DNA from: Candidatus Woesebacteria bacterium | GTDB taxonomy: Bacteria; Patescibacteriota; Microgenomatia; UBA8517 | Length of the DNA: 64,000 bases | Direction: 5' to 3' | NCBI GenBank assembly: GCA_020061305.1 | Contig: JAGUYM010000014.1 | Span: 117,920 to 181,919 of the forward strand | Part shown: positions 1 to 9,122 of the stretch, in pieces | How positions within the stretch are numbered: the stretch's first letter is position 1 | Layout: each line of letters opens with the position of its first letter | Notes under the pieces: model-generated | The model's database searches: none | Told to the model about the DNA's origin: nothing | Seen by the model: only the letters and a program-made list of their open reading frames with translations | Made by a program: the position numbers and the translations under genes

Positions 1-2
1 AT

Positions 3-158
3 AAAATTTGGTCTAAATTTTTGTTGTGGAATTAAATCTTGACCCGTAATTGGTTTTTCTTTGATAAGTATATTTCTTAGGAAAAAACCAGAATAAAATG
101 AGGTTAAAACTACAACTACAACAGATGTAACGATTAGTATATATGTTTTAGTTGACAT
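3..158 (-). CDS. Partial (3'-truncated by window edge) protein with an N-terminal transmembrane/signal anchor
   Basis: Manual translation from ATG 158: MSTKTYILIVTSVVVVVLTSFYSGFFLRNILIKEKPITGQDLIPQQKFRPNF..., open to the window edge; overlaps the stop of the upstream gene. Confidence 0.7.
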   Translation of the reverse strand, partial: MSTKTYILIVTSVVVVVLTSFYSGFFLRNILIKEKPITGQDLIPQQKFRPNF

Positions 159-1452
159 TAATCTTTTTGAATACAAACAAACTTCCAAATAATACGCTAA
201 TTCCAAACATGAATAAGCCAATGGTTGGTGTCAAGCTACCGGTTTCTGGGGTTGATTTTGGACTAGAGCTGGCTGATTGGGAGGCCACAGGTGTAGTTGA
301 TGCTTTTGTTGTTGCAGGTGGTGAGGCAGAATTTATAGGTGTAGCTGACGGGGTCGACACAAAAGCTGGGCCTTCAGCTGCTTGAACTATAAAACTTCTG
401 GTAATGGTTCTTACAATTCCTGCCGTGTCAGTCCATTTTAAAGTTAATTTATGTTCTCCTGGCTCTAGATTGTTTGGAGGACTCCAGATCCACTTACCTT
501 GAGAATTAGTAGAAACTGTTGCCGACTGCAGTTCTGATTCTATGGTAACTTCCAAATCTAGATTTTTTGGTCCAGTTCCAAAAAATTCCGGATCAGTTGT
601 TGTTATGATTTCGCCATCTTCGATAGATTCCACGGTAACAGTTGTTTCTTGCGTTTGGCTCGGACTTTTGGTTATTTCAAACCTTGATGATTTTTCAATA
701 GCTTCTGGGACAGAAAGGGAACTCTGAGGCAAGTTTTGGTTATCTGTTGTTTCAATGTTTCTAAAATCATAGGTTTTGCCTATTACCATAACAGGAATGG
801 CTTTTAATAACGAAACTTTTGCAACTGCTGAGGTACTATTGTTTAATTCTGAAACCGCATTGATTTCGGCAATTTGAGTCTCTGACACATTTTCTAGATA
901 TTGAGCTAAAGGAATAACAAAATTTCCTTGACTAGAAGTAAGCGATGACACGGTTTTACCATTTATTGTTATATAGACAAGAGCTTTAGCCGGGGTTGAA
1001 TTTGTTTCATTTAAAATTGTGCCTGATGCAACCGGTAGATTTCCGGAAACAATTGGGCTCCCTAATGTATTAAACAACCATGGTGTGCCATTATTATCAA
1101 AATCTTTTCCTCCGGAATTTATTTTAAAAAAAACTTGCTTTCCTGCCTCAATACCTAAAATGTTTATAGAATGAACTAAAGATTTTTCATTTGTCTCATT
1201 TAGGGCAACTTTGGACAAAGAACCTTGTGATGTTCCCCATTTGACAAAACCTGAAGATTCCTTAGCAGTTACCCATGTTATTGTAGCCTGGCTATCGGTA
1301 ATGTTGGTTACTTTTATGTCATTTGGGACAACATCAACATCTGCTCCGATTTTGAAAGTTTGATTTGAGTTAATTAAAAACACACCAGAGACTATTCCTA
1401 GAATCAGTATAAAGATTCCGATGATGGTTGGTAACTTAAGGGTTTTTTTCAT
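148..1452 (-). CDS. Surface protein: N-terminal TM, Fn3/purple-acid-phosphatase-N-like domain, Ig-like domain, S/T/P linker, C-terminal TPETG + TM + basic tail
   Basis: 434 aa; VTNITDSQATITWVT (Fn3-like), GKWIWSPPNNLEPGEHKLTL (Ig-like), C-terminal STPETGSLTPTIGLFMFGISVLFGSLFVFKK. Confidence 0.75.
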   Translation of the reverse strand: MKKTLKLPTIIGIFILILGIVSGVFLINSNQTFKIGADVDVVPNDIKVTNITDSQATITWVTAKESSGFVKWGTSQGSLSKVALNETNEKSLVHSINILGIEAGKQVFFKINSGGKDFDNNGTPWLFNTLGSPIVSGNLPVASGTILNETNSTPAKALVYITINGKTVSSLTSSQGNFVIPLAQYLENVSETQIAEINAVSELNNSTSAVAKVSLLKAIPVMVIGKTYDFRNIETTDNQNLPQSSLSVPEAIEKSSRFEITKSPSQTQETTVTVESIEDGEIITTTDPEFFGTGPKNLDLEVTIESELQSATVSTNSQGKWIWSPPNNLEPGEHKLTLKWTDTAGIVRTITRSFIVQAAEGPAFVSTPSATPINSASPPATTKASTTPVASQSASSSPKSTPETGSLTPTIGLFMFGISVLFGSLFVFKKINVN

Positions 1453-1633
1453 TGATGGTTTTTATGGTTGCTTCATCAAGTCTGGGATTAATTTCCAAAA
1501 GTAATTCTTCGGGTACGGTTTCACTGGGTTTTTCAGAGAAAACCCTATAAACTGAGAATGAAACCCAAAAAACAACCGTGATGGCGGTTAATATTAGAAG
1601 TATAATTATATTTGGTAATTTATTTTTTTTCAT
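1436..1633 (-). CDS. Small single-TM membrane protein (PilP position in the pil cluster)
   Basis: 65 aa, one hydrophobic helix, translationally coupled to both neighbours. Confidence 0.7.
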   Translation of the reverse strand: MKKNKLPNIIILLILTAITVVFWVSFSVYRVFSEKPSETVPEELLLEINPRLDEATIKTINEKNP

Positions 1634-2295
1634 CAGTTTTTTTCTATTTCCAAAATAAATGGCGCTCTACCATTAATTGTAAGATTAACACTTCTGCCCG
1701 TATCAGATGATGTCGAATTAAGGGTTAGTCCGTCTATTTTTACAGGTCTCCTAAATTTTTCAACATCTTCGATAAATGCAAAAATGCTAGGATAATCACT
1801 GGCTTTTAAAGTGAGGGTAAACTTAAGCTCGTTTGCACTAATTTGGTTACCCACATTTTTCTTTGATTTTATTGTTTCTCCTCCAACAATTTGTGTATCC
1901 GATGTGGAAAAACTGGTTATGGAAACCGAGTTCGATAAGGCAGTATTTTCAATTTGTTTGATGAAAAAATCAGTTTGGGCAGACTTTGGAACGGCCTGAT
2001 TAATAAGTGTCAGACTTGAAACATTATCCTGTAAAACATTGCTTGCAGTTTGCAAATTTCTAATTTTAGTCTGCATTTTAAAAACGGTGTTTTCTTTTGA
2101 TTTTATTTCTTTATTTAATTCAAGAATTGTGATAACTGTTGGCTTTATTGCAAATAGAGAAAATCCAATTATGGTGACAATTGACAATATCAATTCTAAG
2201 TAGGCTCTAACATTTGGTTTTGCATTATATAATGACCAAATGTTAAGGAAAAAACTTTTATATCTGGCATAGTCTTGTTTCCAATTATTTTTCAT
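1633..2295 (-). CDS. pilO: Type IV pilus assembly protein PilO-like
   Basis: TM + coiled coil + C-terminal YPSIFAFIEDVEKFRRPVKIDGLTL PilO-type signature; follows pilN. Confidence 0.8.
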   Translation of the reverse strand: MKNNWKQDYARYKSFFLNIWSLYNAKPNVRAYLELILSIVTIIGFSLFAIKPTVITILELNKEIKSKENTVFKMQTKIRNLQTASNVLQDNVSSLTLINQAVPKSAQTDFFIKQIENTALSNSVSITSFSTSDTQIVGGETIKSKKNVGNQISANELKFTLTLKASDYPSIFAFIEDVEKFRRPVKIDGLTLNSTSSDTGRSVNLTINGRAPFILEIEKN

Positions 2296-2298
2296 GAT

Positions 2299-2862
2299 TT
2301 ATTTTTTTCTCAAATTTGTAAAATTAGTTTTAGCCGAAATTCCAAAAACAAAAGCCAAACCACCGTCTTGACCAGATGATATCTGGGACAGTGTTACATT
2401 TGTCAGCCAGCCAAGGCTTTCAAGATTTGCGATAAATTGCGCAATTTCAGGCTCGCTTAAAGACGAGGCTTTTATCTGGACACCATCTTCATTAAATGTT
2501 ATTGAATTTAAGACAATGTTTTCAGAAACATTAGAACTAATTGAGGAGATTGCTTTAGAATGGTTTTGATCTAAGTACAAATTTTTAGCGATTTCAAGCT
2601 GTTTTTGTACCAACCTAAAATCAGATTCGACTTTTGAGTATGCTTTAATTTGTGATTTACTTACATTTAAAATTTCATTTAAATCAGAATTTTTGGCATC
2701 AAGCCAAAAACGAGACAAAAAAGCGCCCATTACTATAAGTTCAGTTGCAATAACCATCACTCTAAAGGTCGAAAGTGCCCATTTTAAAATTCTACCAAAG
2801 GTTGAAGATTCAAAATCATCCGAGGGAAGCAGATTGATTATTTTATTCTTGATTTTGGGCAT
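2299..2862 (-). CDS. pilN: Type IV pilus assembly protein PilN-like
   Basis: N-terminal INLLP motif, TM, coiled coil, IAQFIANLE...NVTLSQI. Confidence 0.8.
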   Translation of the reverse strand: MPKIKNKIINLLPSDDFESSTFGRILKWALSTFRVMVIATELIVMGAFLSRFWLDAKNSDLNEILNVSKSQIKAYSKVESDFRLVQKQLEIAKNLYLDQNHSKAISSISSNVSENIVLNSITFNEDGVQIKASSLSEPEIAQFIANLESLGWLTNVTLSQISSGQDGGLAFVFGISAKTNFTNLRKK

Positions 2863-2924
2863 ATTTCCAATATATCATATAAGCAAAGCTTGGCCAACCA
2901 TCAAGTTAGCGAAAAACAAAGTTA

Positions 2925-3158
2925 TCACTCAGCTATTTTTGAGAGTCTGGATTTTATTCTTGAAGCTTTGTTTTTGTGAATAACATTTCTTTTTGCTGCC
3001 TTGTCCGCTAAAGATGTCGCACTTAAGATGTCCTTATTTAATTTAGACTTTTTAGCATTTTTTAATGCGGAATCAAGCAAAGCTAAAACCCTTTTATTGA
3101 TTGATTCTTTTCTTTTTGATGACCTCAGTGCTCTTTTGGCTGTTTTAGTAACCGGCAT
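2925..3158 (-). CDS. rpsT: 30S ribosomal protein S20
   Basis: Start re-called at MPVTKTAKRALR; DKAAKRNVIHKNKASRIKSRL motif. Confidence 0.95.
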   Translation of the reverse strand: MPVTKTAKRALRSSKRKESINKRVLALLDSALKNAKKSKLNKDILSATSLADKAAKRNVIHKNKASRIKSRLSKIAE

Positions 3159-3164
3159 GAGGGT

Positions 3165-3172
3165 AGTATAAT
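3165..3172. promoter_or_regulatory. Overlapping divergent -10 elements (TATAAT on +, TATACT on -) for murJ and rpsT
   Basis: AGTATAAT lies in the 22-bp gap; 8 nt to the murJ ATG and 6 nt to the rpsT ATG. Confidence 0.7.
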
Positions 3173-3180
3173 CAAAAAAA

Positions 3181-4875
3181 ATGAGATTGGCAATTGATAA
3201 ATTTAAAATACTTTTTTTTAAACAACAGCACTCTATTTTGTCTGCAGCAACCCTCATAATGGGGATGATCGTTTTTTCAAGGTTGTTGGGTCTTGTTCGC
3301 CAAAGAGTATTGGCACATTATTTTAATGCCTCAGAACTTTCTTTGTTTTTTGCTGCCTTTAGATTACCTGATACACTTTTTGAAGTATTAGTTTTTGGAA
3401 CATTTGCCTCTGCTTTCATTCCTGTCTTTACAAAGCTTTTAAAAAAAGAGAAAGAAGATGATCATGGAGAGGCATGGAAACTTGCAGGAGTAATTACCAA
3501 CTGGGGGGGGTTGCTTTTTATAATTTTGGCTGTACTTTTTATAGCATTAGCTCATCCAATTTACAAATTGATAACCCCGGGTTTTGGGTCTATTGAGCAG
3601 GAAAAAATTGTGGAAATAGCAAGAATTCTTTTTGCCGCTCAAGGATTTTTTGTGGTTTCATATGTACTAACTGCAGTTTTAGAATCATCTAAAAGATTTT
3701 TGATTCCTGCACTTGCCCCGCTTTTTTATAACTTGGGAATTATCGTTACTACAATTTTGTTCGCCCAAGATCTACATTTGATGGCTCCAACGATAGGGGT
3801 TGTAATTGGTGCACTGTCTCATTTTTTAGTACAAATGCCCTTTGCCTATAAATTAGGGTTTAGATTTACAAAAAGTTTGGAAATAACTACAGATGTCAAA
3901 AAAATTGTAAAACTTGCAATACCCAGAATTCTCGAAGTATCATTTTTACAGGTATCTAAATTTGTGGAGTTGACTTTGGCCACTTTAATTTCAGTCCCTG
4001 CATACACATATTATATGTTTGGGAACACGATTCAACTTTTGCCAGTTGGTTTGTTTGGAACTGCAATAGCCAAGGCCGCACTCCCTACACTGGTTAGAAA
4101 ATCTGACGATTTGGATGAGTTTAAAAAAGTCTTGTATCAGACATTAAACCAGATAATGTTTTTAATGACTCCAGTAGTTGCTTTTTTGATGGTCGCTCGT
4201 GTTCCTGTGGTTAGGCTTATTTTTGGTACTGATATATTCACATGGGACGCAACCGTTCAAACATCATTAGTTGTTTCTGCCTTCGCCTTTGGAATATTTG
4301 CCCAAAGTATAAATGCCATTTTGGCCAGAAGTTTTTACGCTCTAACAGATACCAAAACCCCAGTTATTGTGTCATCAGCAACCCTTTTAGTAAATATAGT
4401 TATAGATTATTTGTTAGTCGTAGTTTATAAACTTCCTGTTTGGAGTTTGGCAGCAGCTTTTTCTTTTTCATCAATTATCCAGTCATTCGCCTTATATATT
4501 TTAATGTCTAAAAGGGTTCACAATGGAGCGAGGTCTGCACTTTATTTGCCTGTTCTTAAATGCCTTGTTGCAGGTTTAACTTCTGGTATTACCATGTTTT
4601 TTATCTTAAAATTTTTTGATAAATCTGTCTGGATTAAAAAAGTTTCGTTTATATCAAATCTGAATCTACCATTTGAGAACTTTGTTTTGGATACAAGATA
4701 TGCCGGAAATTTATTAATACTTACCGTTTTTGTCGGAATTACGGGTTTGGTAATTTATATTTTGATTTTAAAATTACTGAAATCAAAGGAATTAGATGTT
4801 TTTTGGAGGTTAATAAATAGAATGTTTACAGGAAAAACCATGCCCGATCCCCAAACTGAAAACCCAACGGTATAA
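3181..4875 (+). CDS. murJ: Lipid II flippase MurJ (MviN)
   Basis: SRLLGLVRQR, AAFRLPD, FIPVF, QLLPVGLFGTAI motifs; many TM helices. Confidence 0.93.
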   Translation: MRLAIDKFKILFFKQQHSILSAATLIMGMIVFSRLLGLVRQRVLAHYFNASELSLFFAAFRLPDTLFEVLVFGTFASAFIPVFTKLLKKEKEDDHGEAWKLAGVITNWGGLLFIILAVLFIALAHPIYKLITPGFGSIEQEKIVEIARILFAAQGFFVVSYVLTAVLESSKRFLIPALAPLFYNLGIIVTTILFAQDLHLMAPTIGVVIGALSHFLVQMPFAYKLGFRFTKSLEITTDVKKIVKLAIPRILEVSFLQVSKFVELTLATLISVPAYTYYMFGNTIQLLPVGLFGTAIAKAALPTLVRKSDDLDEFKKVLYQTLNQIMFLMTPVVAFLMVARVPVVRLIFGTDIFTWDATVQTSLVVSAFAFGIFAQSINAILARSFYALTDTKTPVIVSSATLLVNIVIDYLLVVVYKLPVWSLAAAFSFSSIIQSFALYILMSKRVHNGARSALYLPVLKCLVAGLTSGITMFFILKFFDKSVWIKKVSFISNLNLPFENFVLDTRYAGNLLILTVFVGITGLVIYILILKLLKSKELDVFWRLINRMFTGKTMPDPQTENPTV

Positions 4876-4881
4876 AACCCC

Positions 4882-4919
4882 TTGACAAAGGGTTAGCACT
4901 CGTGGTATAAAACTGCTAA
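4882..4919 (+). promoter_or_regulatory. sigma70 promoter overlapped by a CIRCE operator
   Basis: TTGACA 4882-4887; TTAGCACTC-N9-AACTGCTAA 4893-4919 (consensus TTAGCACTC-N9-GAGTGCTAA) directly upstream of hrcA. Confidence 0.9.
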
Positions 4920-4925
4920 TAGACT

Positions 4926-5651
4926 ATGAATGCACTATCTTCAAGGCAAACACAAATTTTAAAGGCATTAATTGATGAATATATTGAAACCGCGCTTCCC
5001 GTTGGAAGTGAAGCAATGGATAAAAAATATAACCTTGGTGTTTCACCTGCAACAATTAGAAACGAAATGGCTTATCTGACAAAATCGGGTTATTTAAAAC
5101 AACCCCACACTTCTGCAGGTAGAGTTCCTACTCCCACTGCAATGAAATTCTATGTTGATCAATTGATGGAGGAAAAATCATTAAGTCTCGCAGATGAAGT
5201 AAAAGCAAAAGAGGAAATTTGGGATGTTAAAGACAATTTGGATAAATTAATGGACGAAATGACCCATTCATTGGCTCATAGGACAGGAGGAATTGCTGTT
5301 GCTGCTACGGATGATGGCGATTTTTGGCAGGCTGGTTATGCCAATGTTTTTTCTCACCCTGAATTTTCGGACATTCACACTTGTTCTTCAATCTTTGAGT
5401 TTATAGACAATGATGAGGATATGCTTGATCTATTTTTCAATAGATTTCCAATAGAATCACCTTTTGAGGTTTTGTTTGCTGAAGAAATGGGTATTAAAAA
5501 TTTTCCTGTTGGGATTGTTGCTGCCCATTTTAAGGCTAAAGATAAAAATGGAGCTTTGGGTGTAATTGGGCCGGTTAGACAGTCATACCAAAGAGTGGTG
5601 CCAACAATTAGATATTACAGGGACATGCTGGAGGAACTGATGAGGCTATGA
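4926..5651 (+). CDS. hrcA: Heat-inducible transcription repressor HrcA (short form)
   Basis: VSPATIRNEM, QPHTSAGRVPT, GVIGPVR motifs; CIRCE upstream. Confidence 0.95.
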   Translation: MNALSSRQTQILKALIDEYIETALPVGSEAMDKKYNLGVSPATIRNEMAYLTKSGYLKQPHTSAGRVPTPTAMKFYVDQLMEEKSLSLADEVKAKEEIWDVKDNLDKLMDEMTHSLAHRTGGIAVAATDDGDFWQAGYANVFSHPEFSDIHTCSSIFEFIDNDEDMLDLFFNRFPIESPFEVLFAEEMGIKNFPVGIVAAHFKAKDKNGALGVIGPVRQSYQRVVPTIRYYRDMLEELMRL

Positions 5652-6178
5652 CAAAAAATCAAAAAACTAAAAAATTAAAAACCCAAGTTGAAAACGCGGA
5701 GCAGAATGATTTGAAGAATCAGTTGGTAAGGGTAATGGCAGATTATGATAACCTTAAAAAAAGAAGCGAAGATGAACGAAATCAAATGTATAAATTGGCA
5801 AGTATCTCTTTTTTTGGCAAGTTATTACCCATAATCGATAATTTAAAATCGGCGCAAAATCATATAAAAGATAGTGGAATCGCAATTATTATAGGTCAGC
5901 TTGAAACGCTCGCTCGTGAAGAAGGGTTTGAAGAAATAAAAATAGATGTTGGTGATGACTTTAATCATGAGACAATGGAAGTTATTGAGACTATTGAAAC
6001 TAAAGAAGAAAAAGATAATAATAACAATACCAACATGGATGGCAAGGTCGCAGAGGTGGTACAGAGTGGATGGAGACATGCTGGTTCACCAGGACTTGGT
6101 GAGGATGGTGCAACAATAGTCCGTCATGCAAGAGTCAAGGTTTACAAATATAAAAAGGAGGAAAAAATAAATGAGTAA
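5648..6178 (+). CDS. grpE: Nucleotide exchange factor GrpE
   Basis: [25 protein letters not shown]; lies between hrcA and dnaK. Confidence 0.93.
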   Translation: MTKNQKTKKLKTQVENAEQNDLKNQLVRVMADYDNLKKRSEDERNQMYKLASISFFGKLLPIIDNLKSAQNHIKDSGIAIIIGQLETLAREEGFEEIKIDVGDDFNHETMEVIETIETKEEKDNNNNTNMDGKVAEVVQSGWRHAGSPGLGEDGATIVRHARVKVYKYKKEEKINE

Positions 6179-8069
6179 AATAATTGGAATTGATTTAGGA
6201 ACAACTAATTCGTGTGTTGCTGTAATGGAAGGTGGACAACCTAAAGTTATCCCCGCTTCCGATACTGGCAAAAACACCACCCCCTCTGTTGTTGAAGTTG
6301 TTAAGAATCTCGTTGGCGATGTTGCTAAAAGACAAATGATTTTAAATCCTTCAAATACAATTGCTTCTGTTAAAAGATTGATGGGTAGACGAGAAGATGA
6401 CAAGGAAGTAACAAGAACCAAAAAGATGGTTTCATATAAAATTGTTGCTGGTAAAAATGGAATGGCCGAGGTTGAGATTGATGGTAAAGCATATACTCCA
6501 CAGGAAATATCGGCTCGTGTTTTAATGAAACTTAAAAAAGATGCTGAAAAGTATCTAGGAGAGGAAGTAACTTCAGCAGTTATTACGGTTCCTGCATATT
6601 TTGATGACTCACAAAGGCAAGCAACAAAACAAGCAGGTGAAATCGCGGGGCTTAAAGTTGAAAGAATTATTAATGAGCCTACAGCTGCAGCCCTTGCTTA
6701 TGGTTTAGACAAGAAAAATGCACATAAAATTGCAGTTTATGATTTGGGTGGTGGAACATTTGATATTTCAATTTTAGAGCTTGGTGACGGTATCTTTGAA
6801 GTCAAGTCAACCAATGGAGATACTCATCTAGGGGGAGATGATTTTGACGAAAAGTTAGTTGATTATATTGCTGAAGAATTTAAGAAAGATAATGCAGTTG
6901 ATTTAAGGTTGGATAAACAAGCTCTTCAAAGAATAAGAGATGCCGCGGAAAAAGCAAAAATAGAACTAACCGCTTCTGAAGAAGTTGAAATAAATCAACC
7001 CTATATTACTCAAAAGGATGGTCAACCACTTCATTTAACAATGAAGCTCACAAGAGCCAAATTTGAAAGTCTAGTTGATGGTTTGGTTCAAAAAACTATA
7101 AAACCGGTTGAAGATGCGTTAAAAGATGCAAAACTTAAAGCATCCGACATTGATGAGATTGTTTTGGTCGGAGGTATGACTAGAATGCCAAAAGTTATTG
7201 AAACAGTTAAAAACTTCTTTGGTAAAGAGCCTAATAAATCAGTAAATCCAGATGAGGTTGTTGCGGTCGGAGCGGCAATTCAAGCAGGAGTACTAGCAGG
7301 AGATGTCAAAGATATACTTCTTTTAGATGTTACTCCTCTAACTTTAGCTATTGAAACAATGGGAGGAGTTGCAACCCCAATGATTCCAAGGAATACAACT
7401 GTTCCAACTTCTAAAACTGAAGTTTTTTCAACTGCTGCAGATAACCAAACACAAGTAGAGATAAATATTACTCAAGGTGAACGACCATTGTCTGCGGACA
7501 ACAAGTCTTTAGGTAGATTTATTCTTGATGGTATTCCACCAGCTCCAAGGGGTATACCACAGGTTGAAGTTACATTTGATTTGGATGCGAATGGAATTTT
7601 GACGGTTACAGCAAAAGATAAAGCTACCGGTAAATCTCAAAATATTAAGATTACAGGTTCTGTTGGTCTTTCGGAGGATGAAGTCAAGAAAGCTCAGGAA
7701 GAAGCAGAAAGACACAAAGCGGAAGATGAAAAGAAAGCAGAGATTATCAAAGCGAAAAACAATGCGGATGCTATGGTAACGACTGCCGAAAAGGCACTGA
7801 AGGATGTTGGAGATAAAACACCAGCGGATGTTAAAACAAAAGTAGAAGACAAAATAAAGGCAGTTAAAGAGACTCTTTCAAAAGATTCTACAAAGGAAGA
7901 ATTAGAAAAAGTTACGAAAGAATTATCAGACACCCTTTCTGAAGTGGGCCAACAGATGTATTCCGCACAAGGCGGACAAGAACAAGAAAATAATGAAAAT
8001 GGTGGTGAGCCTAAAACTGAAGATAAGAAAAAAGACGAGCAGGTGGAAGAAGGACAGGTTGTAGAATAA
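6171..8069 (+). CDS. dnaK: Chaperone DnaK
   Basis: [25 protein letters not shown] motifs. Confidence 0.99.
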   Translation: MSKIIGIDLGTTNSCVAVMEGGQPKVIPASDTGKNTTPSVVEVVKNLVGDVAKRQMILNPSNTIASVKRLMGRREDDKEVTRTKKMVSYKIVAGKNGMAEVEIDGKAYTPQEISARVLMKLKKDAEKYLGEEVTSAVITVPAYFDDSQRQATKQAGEIAGLKVERIINEPTAAALAYGLDKKNAHKIAVYDLGGGTFDISILELGDGIFEVKSTNGDTHLGGDDFDEKLVDYIAEEFKKDNAVDLRLDKQALQRIRDAAEKAKIELTASEEVEINQPYITQKDGQPLHLTMKLTRAKFESLVDGLVQKTIKPVEDALKDAKLKASDIDEIVLVGGMTRMPKVIETVKNFFGKEPNKSVNPDEVVAVGAAIQAGVLAGDVKDILLLDVTPLTLAIETMGGVATPMIPRNTTVPTSKTEVFSTAADNQTQVEINITQGERPLSADNKSLGRFILDGIPPAPRGIPQVEVTFDLDANGILTVTAKDKATGKSQNIKITGSVGLSEDEVKKAQEEAERHKAEDEKKAEIIKAKNNADAMVTTAEKALKDVGDKTPADVKTKVEDKIKAVKETLSKDSTKEELEKVTKELSDTLSEVGQQMYSAQGGQEQENNENGGEPKTEDKKKDEQVEEGQVVE

Positions 8070-8075
8070 CTCCAA

Positions 8076-8948
8076 ATGTCTATTAAAAATGATTACTATG
8101 ATATTCTGGGGGTAAATAAATCTGCTAACGCCCAGGAGATTAAAGCTGCATATAGAAAAAAAGCCCTAGAGTGGCATCCTGACAGACACCAAGGAAGTGA
8201 TAAAGAAGAAGCTGAAAAAAAATTTAAAGAAATAAACGAGGCTTACCAAATACTTTCCGATACTTCAAAAAGACAAGCATATGATCAATTTGGACATGAT
8301 GCTTTTGCACCTGGGGGTGGAGGCAATCCATTTGCAGGAGGAGGTTTTGGTGGGCGAACCGGACCATTTACATATACTTGGTCATCTAGTGGTGGACAAA
8401 ATCCCTTTGGGAATATGGATTTTGGGGACCCGTTTGACATCTTTGAAAGTTTTTTTGGTGGAGGTTCTCCATTTAGACAACAAAGACAAGTTCCAAGATA
8501 TTCTGTGAAGCTTAGCTTCATGGAAGCCGTTAATGGTGTTACTAAAGAATTTGAAATTGAAGATAAAAAAAGAAAAATAAAAATCCCTGCGGGGGTTGAT
8601 GAAGGGACAAGAATTAATTTTGGTGATTTTATGCTTTCAATAAATGTGGCTCCCCATGAATTTTTTGAAAGAGATGGCCAGGATATTTATGTTAATGTGA
8701 CAGTCCCCTACTCAATGGCAGTATTAGGTGGAACTATAAAAGTTCCGACCATAGATGGTGAAATTAAAATAAAAGTTCGGGCGGGAACAAAATCGGGGAC
8801 AATGATAAGGTTAAAAGGACAAGGAGTAGTTTCAACCCACAGTAGATCACGAGGTGACCAATATGTGAAATTAAACATATCGATTCCTGTGAAACTTACA
8901 CGGACACAAAAAAGAATAATTGATGATTTGAAGGAAGAAGGTTTGTGA
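8076..8948 (+). CDS. dnaJ: DnaJ co-chaperone lacking the zinc-finger domain
   Basis: J domain with HPD, G/F-rich region, C-terminal domain; no CxxCxGxG repeats. Confidence 0.9.
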   Translation: MSIKNDYYDILGVNKSANAQEIKAAYRKKALEWHPDRHQGSDKEEAEKKFKEINEAYQILSDTSKRQAYDQFGHDAFAPGGGGNPFAGGGFGGRTGPFTYTWSSSGGQNPFGNMDFGDPFDIFESFFGGGSPFRQQRQVPRYSVKLSFMEAVNGVTKEFEIEDKKRKIKIPAGVDEGTRINFGDFMLSINVAPHEFFERDGQDIYVNVTVPYSMAVLGGTIKVPTIDGEIKIKVRAGTKSGTMIRLKGQGVVSTHSRSRGDQYVKLNISIPVKLTRTQKRIIDDLKEEGL

Positions 8949-9085
8949 TAATATGATTATGTTATAAATTATGTCAAGTGAACTCAATAAAACCTTAAAA
9001 CCTAAAGCCAAAGTTTAAACTGACATCAATACTTCCGCATCCAAAAAATAGTGAAAAGTCAAATTTAATATAGTTTTCATTCTCA

Positions 9086-9114
9086 TTGACCGCAAGCCTC
9101 CTTTACTGTAGAAT
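9086..9114 (+). promoter_or_regulatory. sigma70 promoter of nusA (leaderless-type)
   Basis: TTGACC-17 bp-TAGAAT, then 8 nt to ATG 9123. Confidence 0.75.
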
Positions 9115-9122
9115 TCAGTACT

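Noticed and set aside
3159-3257. N-terminal extension of the rpsT ORF
   Set aside because: It overlaps murJ; S20 homology starts at MPVTK (ATG 3158), which has its own -10.
8034-8066. DnaK tail [10 protein letters not shown] as another 9-mer repeat copy
   Set aside because: Acidic V/E-rich tails are normal for DnaK; not distinguishable from protein-level conservation.
8949-9085. dnaJ-nusA gap with tiny ORFs (MSSELNKTLKPKAKV on +) as a possible rimP remnant
   Set aside because: Too short and no RimP similarity visible; the MSSEL match to 36335 is likely coincidental.
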